In this document: positions 43,433 through 51,739 of the stretch, one piece after another | Position numbering within the stretch: position 1 is the first letter of the stretch | Layout: every line of letters begins with the position of its first letter | Source: a virus | Taxonomy: Duplodnaviria > Heunggongvirae > Uroviricota > Caudoviricetes > Demerecviridae | Direction: 5' to 3' (one strand) | DNA length: 51,739 nucleotides | IMG/VR virus record: IMGVR_UViG_2974604416_000001 | Coordinates: 64,001 to 115,739 of that record | Notes under the pieces: model-generated | The model's database searches: none | Told to the model about the DNA's origin: nothing | What the model saw: only the letters and a program-made list of their open reading frames with translations | Position numbers and translations under genes: made by a program

Positions 43433-45013
43433 TTACGCAATGATTTGCATGGATCCATCATTGCAGATCACGGCGTGAGAGTGTGACCAACTGGATGCCC
43501 CCACGTTGTAACCCATATCAAACGAGCCAGTAACACCGGACACAATAACACGCTTCCCGTTTTTGTATCCGCTGTGAGAGTGGCCGATAGCAAACGAGCC
43601 CCCGAGACGCTCAAAGGCTGTATAGCCGCCGCGAGCCCCGTTAATGCCGCAGTCGCCATGATTGGACAATTCTACGCCATGAACCACAAAAGGCTCGTCT
43701 CGGTTCAAAAACTTGATCCGGTTGTAATCGAGATCCGGCGCTACCAGTCGCAAAGCACGTTCAAGCGGGATCTGATTATCCTTGCCGCCTTCTAGCGCGG
43801 TCTGGTAGCGGGGCTTTTGCAAGTCACACCAAAGGGGGAGATTGATCGGGTCTTGGCGTGGGTCGGTTTCCTCAAGCCAGCGATCCAAGGCGCGATCGTG
43901 GTTTGAGTTAACGATCACGATCTGGGCTTCGGTATCGTCCAGCAGGCTTTGCAGCACTCCGGCGGCGTCGTCTACGTCATCGGCCACGGTGCGGCCCATC
44001 TGGGAGGCCAGGAACAAGCCGGATCCCCGGTTGTGGTGGTTGCGGCTGGTGAAGTCGTGGAGATCGTGCAGCACTACAAAGGCGGCGGCGGTCTGATTGC
44101 AGAGGGTGATCAAATTGTTAAACTCGTCCCCGTCCAGCTTTTCGGAGTGGATGTCACCTGCCACGATCACGGCGTCCCCCATAGGGTCAGCAAAACCAAA
44201 CTCATTGATCGGCATCCCTCGATAAAATCCGCAACCTTGGCTATCCAATTGAACCTGATCAAAGGTGCCGTCATCATGGATCACTGTGAACCCAATGATA
44301 TGATCGGCGCTTGCTTCGGCTCCGGCGCGGCCTGCTTTATAGCGGGGTTCGCAAAGGGTGCCAGTTGTTAGCGCCCAACGTTCCGGCATACCTTTAGCGC
44401 GGGGGAGGGATTCGGCCTGCTGTTTGGGGTGCGGTAGCACGGTCAAACGGCGATCACCGGACATCAGCCGCGCATTGCTGATCGGCTTTTTGGCGGTCGG
44501 GATAACGTCCCCATTAAGGATCAGAAGGTTGTTATCATCACCGATCCAGAGCGGCGCGGCTTCGGTTTTAATGATCATATGATCCGCCTCGTCAGTCGGT
44601 TGGATCATATAAGAGCAAGCAACGGGCAACAATTCAGCATTAAGGCTGGCAGCCAACATTCTGGCGGTCGCCATAGCGGGGGCGCAGATCGGCGCGTTAT
44701 TCTGGACGCTGAAAACAATAAAAGATCCGGCCTCTACTTTGGGGGCGGTCTCGAAATGCTGATTGCTGGAATTGAAAGTGGGTTCGGCTGGCTCCTTTTC
44801 TTCTTTTTTCTTGGCGGCCTTGATCGGCTTAGTTGCATCGAGATATGCGATAATATCAGACACACGTGAGCCCTTAAACATGCGATCCGCGATCTGATCT
44901 GCTACCTTCTGGCGGCTAGTTGCCAACTGTTTGCCGTAATAGTTGAGATCCAAAGCCATTTTTGTGATCTCGGTTTGCTGGGATTCGATGAAATTAAATT
45001 CGGTTACTTTCAT
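43433..45013 (-). CDS. A1: A1 pre-early protein (host DNA degradation / second-step transfer), TAG-free
   Basis: SVQNN, GDIH, HDLHDF, SNHD, SNHGD.G.NGARG, GHSHS; start set at MKVTE with GAGAG RBS. Confidence 0.88.
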   Translation of the reverse strand: MKVTEFNFIESQQTEITKMALDLNYYGKQLATSRQKVADQIADRMFKGSRVSDIIAYLDATKPIKAAKKKEEKEPAEPTFNSSNQHFETAPKVEAGSFIVFSVQNNAPICAPAMATARMLAASLNAELLPVACSYMIQPTDEADHMIIKTEAAPLWIGDDNNLLILNGDVIPTAKKPISNARLMSGDRRLTVLPHPKQQAESLPRAKGMPERWALTTGTLCEPRYKAGRAGAEASADHIIGFTVIHDDGTFDQVQLDSQGCGFYRGMPINEFGFADPMGDAVIVAGDIHSEKLDGDEFNNLITLCNQTAAAFVVLHDLHDFTSRNHHNRGSGLFLASQMGRTVADDVDDAAGVLQSLLDDTEAQIVIVNSNHDRALDRWLEETDPRQDPINLPLWCDLQKPRYQTALEGGKDNQIPLERALRLVAPDLDYNRIKFLNRDEPFVVHGVELSNHGDCGINGARGGYTAFERLGGSFAIGHSHSGYKNGKRVIVSGVTGSFDMGYNVGASSWSHSHAVICNDGSMQIIA

Positions 45014-45092
45014 TTGATAATCTCTCACTTGAGGTAATTGATTAACCGGATGGCTAACCAGAGAAGGGGACTCAAAAAGTCCCCTTGACTTG

Positions 45093-45530
45093 TTAGGCTT
45101 CGAGATCTTCATTGCCAATCGGGCGGCCTTGCAGCAGGGCCAGCAGGGCCAGCAGAGCCGGACGGCCAGCATGTTCAAGGCTGGCGAAAATTTCGGCGGC
45201 ATTGTCGCCCACGGTCGGATCCTTCTTTACGATTTCATCAGAAATCAGGCTTGCCAAAACTAGCTTTTTCTGGCGGGTGCCGCCAGTGGTGCCAGCGGTC
45301 GATTTCGCCTCGCCTTTGATATACTCGCCCAACTGGGCCAGCTTTTGACGAACAGACCGATCACTTGCCGCACCTACTGAGGCGGCCAGATCCATCAGGA
45401 ATGGCTTGGAGTTAGCCGTTTCAACCTTGCCTTCATCCTTTTCGATCTGGGCCTTGTAGGCGGCAACAATAGCGGCGGAGTTCTTTTCATCCCATTTGAA
45501 GGCTTTAGGGGCGTTTTTATTGGTAGTCAT
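45093..45530 (-). CDS. A2: A2 pre-early DNA-binding protein, TAG-free
   Basis: FKWDEKNS...ANS...VGAASDRSVRQKL resembles recalled T5 A2. Confidence 0.85.
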   Translation of the reverse strand: MTTNKNAPKAFKWDEKNSAAIVAAYKAQIEKDEGKVETANSKPFLMDLAASVGAASDRSVRQKLAQLGEYIKGEAKSTAGTTGGTRQKKLVLASLISDEIVKKDPTVGDNAAEIFASLEHAGRPALLALLALLQGRPIGNEDLEA

Positions 45531-45616
45531 AATTTAGATCCTTATCAATTGTTAACCCTGATATCAAAGCAGGGCGGGCAAACATTGCCCGACAATATGC
45601 CCTATAAAAGGGCATA

Positions 45617-45745
45617 TTAGCAGGCCAGTTTTCGCATTTCAAACTCATATGCAGCAATGGCAATCAATCGCAGACGTTGGGAGACAGTCAGCAGATCGTG
45701 CAACTGGATATAGGCTTGCAGGACATTATCACAATTTAGTAACAT
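45617..45745 (-). CDS. small pre-early hypothetical protein
   Basis: GGAG RBS before MLLNCDNV; 42 aa. Confidence 0.5.
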   Translation of the reverse strand: MLLNCDNVLQAYIQLHDLLTVSQRLRLIAIAAYEFEMRKLAC

Positions 45746-46180
45746 GATATTACTCCGGTTAACGGGACTCGGTGAAGGGCTCAAATTGAGCCCTTGGGCT
45801 AGTCTCGCCTCGCTGCCAGTTTTTAAAAGAGCTTTACAATGGTCGATCCCTTTCGGGGCCAAGGGGAAGGGGCGGGGGCTTGGATTCTTGCCTTGCTTGC
45901 CTTCCAGTGGTTTCCATTTTACGGAAACCGGATTTCATGTCAAACACTTTTTTCAATCTTTTTTCTAGCTGGTGGCTGGTGCCGCCGCTAGTGGTCTGGG
46001 GAGTTGCCCCGTTCCATGTGATAAATATTGCCAGCCCTAAAAATTTAGATCAACAAAAGTTTTTGCTAGTAACGAGTGATTTTACTCATCTAGGGCGGCG
46101 CTATTGGTTAATGAGACGGGCGCACGCGAATATTTGAACAACTGGCAAAAGTCAATACACCAAAAAATAAATATTTGGAC

Positions 46181-46700
46181 TTATCCACAATTACCAGGCC
46201 AGGCTGTGGATAAGTTGCCCACCTGCATATCCTTAAAGATAAAACAACCCCCACTTATCCACAAAATGGCAAAAAGCCTGTGTGTTCTTTTACCCCAAAA
46301 TGCCGTGATGCAATAGTTGGAGGGGTGGCAATACCCTAGTGGCCTGAACGCCTCAAAATGCGTTATAGGGCGTTATAGAGCGTTATATTTGAGGCACACC
46401 TTTGACGTGCACAAAATTCAAGAAGTGTGCCAGAAAATAAATTTGACAAAAAATTTATTTTGTGATCCTAAAATTCTTGGCATGGAACTTGCTTAAAACT
46501 GGTATTGATAACCATTATCATTGTTGCTTTATACCGGAAAAAAGAAACAATGCGAATTTGTCGCATTTGCGAATGATTTTCATTCTTTTTTGCTAAAAAT
46601 TCACGTTTTTTGCATGTTTATTTATGCAATAAAACTGCATAAATAGCATCCACAGACCCATTTGGACTTATTCTTTTATCCACAACCAAAATGTGGATAA
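46181..46700. promoter_or_regulatory. cluster of five perfect DnaA boxes
   Basis: TTATCCACA at 46181, 46255 and 46676; TGTGGATAA at 46205 and 46692; a sixth at 48368. Confidence 0.8.
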
Positions 46701-46799
46701 CTCTTGATTTGTTGCGGTTTTGTTAATGGCACGAGTCGTGCATACGTAATAGGCGGATTTTGGAGCGTTTCTGTTAACAAAAATTTAACAGAAAAACCA

Positions 46800-46815
46800 C
46801 TGTATATCCATACAG
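46800..46815. promoter_or_regulatory. LexA/SOS-box-like palindrome
   Basis: CTGTATATCCATACAG fits CTG-N10-CAG. Confidence 0.65.
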
Positions 46816-47223
46816 GGTCTTTTGTCTGTATAACTTACTAACAGGGCCAAGAAGGCCTCTAGATCGCGCTGTATTGAATAGTTGGGGGATCCCCTTTATT
46901 ATAGGTCTAGGCCGTCTCGCTCGTTTAGAGCGATTTTGGCGGGATGAGAATGGTTATCATTTGACCGCGCCGCGCGAGGGGGTGACGTGCTACAAAATAT
47001 GATCCATACCTGGCAGGAAAGCACAAGAAAATAAATTTAAATTATTTTGCAGAAAAGCCTTGACAAGCGCAGTTTTGACTGCGCCGCTTTGGGGTTTTGT
47101 CTTTAGTCTTTAATGTTTAGTCTTTGACTGCGCCGCTGGCACGTCACTGGCGTGCTACAAAAATTGTTGCCTGGGCTGGTGGATATGATAAGATAGGGAT
47201 CCTAGTAATAGAGGATTAACAGC

Positions 47224-47403
47224 ATGAAAACTAAAGCAGTGATAGCCGCCCACTTGCAGGCAGGCCAACGGGTCTTTATAGACAGCCGTTTTTATTTAAT
47301 TGACAAGGTGGCCAGGAACGGGCATTATATAGATCTGGAGGTGCAGGGGGCTTTTTACCCTGTATGCTTGCCCATTAACCAGACTGTGAAGGTTCGGCAA
47401 TGA
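47224..47403 (+). CDS. pre-early hypothetical protein
   Basis: GAGG RBS, 59 aa, ATGA coupling to the next gene. Confidence 0.65.
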   Translation: MKTKAVIAAHLQAGQRVFIDSRFYLIDKVARNGHYIDLEVQGAFYPVCLPINQTVKVRQ

Positions 47404-47702
47404 AAAAAGATGTAAAAACTCTGATTAAACGCTTGACTTTGTTGGTTCAATTTACCAAAATAGGTAAGGGCTGGATTGCGGTGGATGGGGATGGGACAAC
47501 AAGAGTTTATGAAAACAGGCCAGTTTTTCACCCGTCAGGTGAGTCTGAATCTCTTGACTACTGGGTAAGACACCAAAGTGGTGTAACGTGGATCTCCGAC
47601 CTTGATTGTCTGCCCTTGTCTATGGTCTGCCCGAGCTTGACAAGCAGAGAGGCGCTTTTCTATACTGATGGGGAAACTGTATGGCTGGTGGAGACTAGAT
47701 AA
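47400..47702 (+). CDS. pre-early hypothetical protein
   Basis: 100-aa ORF, coupled. Confidence 0.7.
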   Translation: MKKDVKTLIKRLTLLVQFTKIGKGWIAVDGDGTTRVYENRPVFHPSGESESLDYWVRHQSGVTWISDLDCLPLSMVCPSLTSREALFYTDGETVWLVETR

Positions 47703-47855
47703 ATGATAATCCATATCATTAGTTGTGTTCTGTTACTACTATCTGGTGTCACCTGGGACACTAAGGGATGGGGTCTGGTTTTAAAGGTTATTTTTTATAT
47801 CGTCGCCATATATAATGGTTTCGAGGCATATCGTTTTTATATCATGGGGGCTTGA
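47703..47855 (+). CDS. small membrane protein
   Basis: 50 aa, two hydrophobic stretches. Confidence 0.55.
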   Translation: MIIHIISCVLLLLSGVTWDTKGWGLVLKVIFYIVAIYNGFEAYRFYIMGA

Positions 47856-47935
47856 TAGCGGCGCGGTGGTTCTGGTAAACTAATTATGTGGTCGGGGATA
47901 GGCCCCGACCAAAATCCTAAATTTAGAGGTGAGTT

Positions 47936-48172
47936 ATGCAAAAAGTTTCTTTTGTTCAAGATGGCGCTTTGGTTGTGGCTCCGGCTAACTATGGCATGAT
48001 TGATTCTTCCATTGGGGGTCAATTGGCACGAAAAGAGCTGCCAGAGGCTGACGGGCGCACCAGCCGTGGGCTGGCGGCAATCAATGACCTGCGAGACCGG
48101 ATCGGCGGGTATATGAAAAAATATGCCAAAGGCCAGTTGAGCCCGTCCTGGGGGCGAGTCGTAATTGGTTAA
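47936..48172 (+). CDS. pre-early hypothetical protein
   Basis: GAGGTGAG RBS, 78 aa, TAA. Confidence 0.7.
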   Translation: MQKVSFVQDGALVVAPANYGMIDSSIGGQLARKELPEADGRTSRGLAAINDLRDRIGGYMKKYAKGQLSPSWGRVVIG

Positions 48173-48329
48173 CTCCTAGCCAACCCCCTGTAGCACGTTA
48201 CTGGCGTGCTACATTTTTAGCCCTCCCACAGACCCCTTAACTAAAATACACCCCCACCCCCATCACGCGCTTACAGCGCGATTCAGGGGCCTTCTAGGGC
48301 ATACCAGATAATCCACTACCCGACTGACC

Positions 48330-48345
48330 CTGTATATCCATACAG
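48330..48345. promoter_or_regulatory. second identical LexA/SOS-box-like palindrome
   Basis: CTGTATATCCATACAG, identical to 46800-46815. Confidence 0.65.
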
Positions 48346-48490
48346 TGTTAGCAAGCTGTTAGTATCCTGTGGATAACTCCAAATAACTCTGTATAGGCAT
48401 TAAGCAAGTTTCATGCCAAAACTTAATTTTTTAACAAAAAGATGATTATGCTGGGGATTGAATGCGAATTATTATCATTCGCATTCGAGG

Positions 48491-48620
48491 GACGTCTAGA
48501 TGTTTAGACGGCTAGAAGTCCAGATGTTTAGACGGCTAGATGTTTAGACGGCTAGATGTTTAGACGGCTAGATGGATGGACGTCTAGATGTTTAGACGGC
48601 TAGAAGTCCGGATGGCTAGA
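48491..48620. repeat. five copies of the 16-mer AGATGTTTAGACGGCT
   Basis: Copies at 48498, 48522, 48538, 48554 and 48586. Confidence 0.9.
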
Positions 48621-49383
48621 GGGTCGGCCACCCCTCCTGCGCCTTAGTACTTATCCGACAAGTACTTTTTCGATGTATTACAAGTGTCAAGTACTTATTC
48701 GATATAAGTAGAAATTCGACCAGGGTCGCGTAGCAAGTTTTATTTTGTGATATTTGGGGGGATGAGGGGGATGAGGTGAGATTTGGGGAGGCTTAGGGGA
48801 TTTCGCCGGTAACAATGGCTTCGCCATTGAATTCGGCGGTAGGGTTGAGAAAATTTACAGGGTCGGCCACCATACCCTCCGCCGCTACGCGGCGTCTTAT
48901 AGAAATATGGTGTGAGCTGGGGAAATAAGAAGTAGAAATTCGATATAGTGAAGTAGAAAAACGACTGGGATGCTTTGGGGAAGTAATGAGATATGAAGTA
49001 GAAAAATGAGGAGGGAATTAAGAGGATTTATAAATAGAAAAAGGAGAAGGATAAAGACGGATATATATCCTTCTAAACCCTTTCTCCTAAATTGATAGTA
49101 AATTTTAAATATAACTGTAGCCTTTTCTATTATGTGAAGTCTCGGGGTGGCTCCAAAGGACCGTGATATAACAAAAACTCTGAGCGCTTGTCTTACCATG
49201 GATTCCATTCCCAGAGGGCCCCTTCCACTCAGAGCTGAGTTTTTTATCACTGCCACCCCAGCCTTCTTGAAATATCTGTTCTTACAGTATTATCTTATCA
49301 TAGCCCCGAGATATGTAAAGTACTTTTTACATTTCCATAGGTTTTAATGTGTAAAAGTAATAACCGCCCCCTAAACCGCCCAC

Positions 49384-49908
49384 TTATAGTGAGGGCATAA
49401 TTGCTGTTCTGAGGAAACTTTCCAGATTAATCTTATAGTACTTTACAGTTTTAGGGTTGTAATATGTTGTCAGTGGCTGGAAGTATTCCATAATTATGGG
49501 AAACGCTTCCCAGCTTCTGTATTCTCCTTCTACGGTAAATTCCTCAGTAAGCCTAAGTAATTCTTGTTCTTGGGCATAAGCATTTGGAGATAGCTAGTAG
49601 AAAATCAACGAGCATCCCAGCTTTTTCGCTCTTACCCTTGGATCTACAGAGATACCGATTTTAAGACAATCTCGCTTATAATCCACCATGAAATAAAGTT
49701 TCTGTAGGTGGTTATTACTCCAGTATTCTTCAGAACACTTTGGACATGGGATTTGTCTTTTTAAATGGGTAGAGGTGTCTTGGTAGAAATCCCCATGATA
49801 TGGGCACACAAATCGTAGCTATCCAGTAGGTTCTTCTGGGATGTAAGAATAATCTAAATAAGTCCCAAACAATGTCTGGGACTTTTCAATAAACTTAGCT
49901 CTTTTCAT
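49384..49908 (-). CDS. zinc-binding plus GIY-YIG-like endonuclease, 2 TAG
   Basis: CPYHG...PCPKC, LYFM...LKIGIS. Confidence 0.75.
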
Positions 49909-49909
49909 A

Positions 49910-51061
49910 TTATAGGTCCATATTAGAAATAACCATGCTGTCTTGAGCATCTTCTTTCAGTGAGTTGCCTTGCCTAATCATGCTATCCGTTTGAGAATAA
50001 TGCTTGGGAACCTCAAAATATTGTATCGCGAGTTCGGGGGAATTCTTTCTCCCAGCTAACCACTTACCATACCTCTTCTAATGTAGTTTGTTGATTAGAG
50101 ATACGAGTTCTTTTCTATCTGGAAGTTTGGCTATATTAGCGTGTGGAGTTGTCCTTTCAGTTTCCCAGAGAAATGCTGATAGTAGCGTGAGAACTGACAC
50201 ATTAGTTGGAACTGTGCCACTCCCAGTACCATGCGGTCTTAGTTTATCTAGAACCCAGTTACCAAACTTAATACGGTCAAAGTCTATAACAGTTTTGGCT
50301 CGTTCATCTAACACCACTGTTTTAGCTGATACCTCTCCAGGGAAATTGAACGGTACTTCGTATGTAATCTCCTTGATTTCTTTTACCACCTTACTAAGAA
50401 GGAACCCGTGTAGTGGCTGTCCAAAGAAACGGGTTAGCTTTCCTCTCTCGCAAGAAAGGGCTCGCCCAACCCCAGCGGGGCTGGATACGGCGACAATGCC
50501 AGCATACTCCCTTATCTGTTCAAACAGGAAATCCATATCAAAGCGGTATACAATCTTGTATTTAGAATACCAGCGCTATCTCAGGAATAATGGCATAACG
50601 TCAGTATGCACATCCCTTGCGGCCAACTCACCGAAGTCTCTCATTGCTTCTTCGATGTTGGGGATAATACCATTAATTACTTGGTATTTAGTTACTGACT
50701 TATCAACTAGGATTGGGATAGTTACGTCAGATTTCTTTTCATTTACTAGCTTAAGAGCAACGTTACTACCTTCCGGCAACGGGTATTCATCTTGCGGTAG
50801 AATAAAGTTGTAGATAGTTTCCGGAATGTCGGAAAGCTCTGCTTTCTCTCCTCTATCCTACAGCCATTTAGCTGCGAAAGCCTACTCCAAGTCCAAGACA
50901 TTACCATACTTTAATGCGGCATTGTATACAGCATTCTTATACTCTGGTAATATGTTCTAAAAAGGCAGGAGCCTATCTGCCTCTTGCACGTCAAAACCTT
51001 TAAAGATCAAATCATTGATTGCCTATCTGGCTTTACTGGTTGGGATTCTATATAATATCAT
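49910..51061 (-). CDS. hypothetical protein (~383 aa), TAG-recoded
   Basis: Fragments 50078-50536 and 50576-50779 join in one frame; coupled to both neighbours. Confidence 0.75.
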
Positions 51062-51738
51062 TTTTGGAGTTCCTCTATTAGTTCTTTAACTTGTTGTTCG
51101 GATAGCCGGAAAAACTCTGTGCCACCACTAACAACATTAGGGTTAAAAATTCTAAACTATTGATATCTTTTATGTAATTCCAGTTCTAGTTGTCGCGGAT
51201 TCTCTAGCGTAATATGGTGTAGGTATTCCAGGTTACCACCTATCTTAGATATTCTCTTGTCTAAGCTATTAGTGATACCTATTTTTATTAATCCAGTATC
51301 TAAGCATTTTAGTATGTATAAAGTATTTTGGTTAGACACCTGACACTTTGGGCATCCATGACCCCTTAAATGGTTGTTAGGAGTTTGGAAGAAGCTACCA
51401 TGTTCTTTACAAATTATCTCTACCTTAGTGCAATTATTTATATACACAGTATTGCTATAGTCATAAGTCTCATCATGTACACCTATAAACTCTTGTATGC
51501 AATTAACGGAGACTTTCTTTCTATTACCCTAGCAGCTAGGGCACCCTTTTCCAGCCTGATGATTTTGGGGTGTCTGAAGAAATTCCCCATGCTCTTTACA
51601 TATAATTACTATTTTTTCTCTTGCGGTTTTATACGCTACTTTGGAGTAGTCATACCTATTTCCATGGACTTCCTGAAACTTCTAAATGTACCACTAATTT
51701 TTTATATCTTGTGGCTAGGACTTCGATAGTAACCCAGT
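51058..51738 (-). CDS. zinc-binding repeats plus GIY-YIG-like homing endonuclease (5' truncated)
   Basis: HGNRYDYS, CKEHG, GCPSC*GN, LYIL...KIGIT, GGTEFF; open to the window edge. Confidence 0.82.
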
Positions 51739-51739
51739 C

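Larger units (their letters stand above)
42430..49000. other. T5-type first-step-transfer / terminal-repeat region (boundaries approximate)
   Basis: Contains dmp-A1-A2, divergent small genes and long repeat-rich non-coding tracts; abrupt compositional change. Confidence 0.75.

Noticed and set aside
45014-45202. N-terminal extension of A1 to 45202
   Set aside because: Overlaps A2; similarity to A1 and an RBS begin at the ATG at 45013.
48491-48620. CRISPR array
   Set aside because: Repeats are 16 bp and mostly directly adjacent, with no unique spacers and no cas genes.
48897-49256. 119-aa minus-strand ORF
   Set aside because: Low-complexity sequence in a repeat-rich tract with no convincing RBS; left unannotated.
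1-51739. TGA reassignment, or a phage release factor or aminoacyl-tRNA synthetase in this window
   Set aside because: TGA terminates genes with ATGA coupling; no recognisable RF or aaRS motifs were seen, though unannotated ORFs could hide such functions.

Overview
About 52 kb of a T5-like (Demerecviridae-type) lytic phage genome, probably infecting a gammaproteobacterium (inferred from LexA- and DnaA-type boxes). The order is: tRNA and accessory region with nadR/pnuC (1-8.4 kb); T5-like D11-D15 and dUTPase block (8.4-14.8 kb, +); complete late operon from endolysin through tail, capsid and portal to terminase (14.8-42.4 kb, -); first-step-transfer (FST) region with dmp, A1 and A2 (42.4-49 kb); then early genes. 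The supplied ORF track is fragmented because TAG is a sense codon here. Reading through TAG gives full-length genes that end in TAA or TGA. At conserved motifs TAG falls mostly on alanine positions, not the glutamine of known amber-recoded phages (code 15), so the main result is an apparent UAG->Ala code. Two adjacent tRNA-like genes (2812-2990) carry the AlaRS identity element G3:U70 plus A73 and have a rearranged, covarying fold without a normal D-arm; they are candidate parts of this system. Coordinates and counts were done by hand. Comparisons to T5 proteins are from memory and need real alignments. In peptides, * marks an in-frame TAG.
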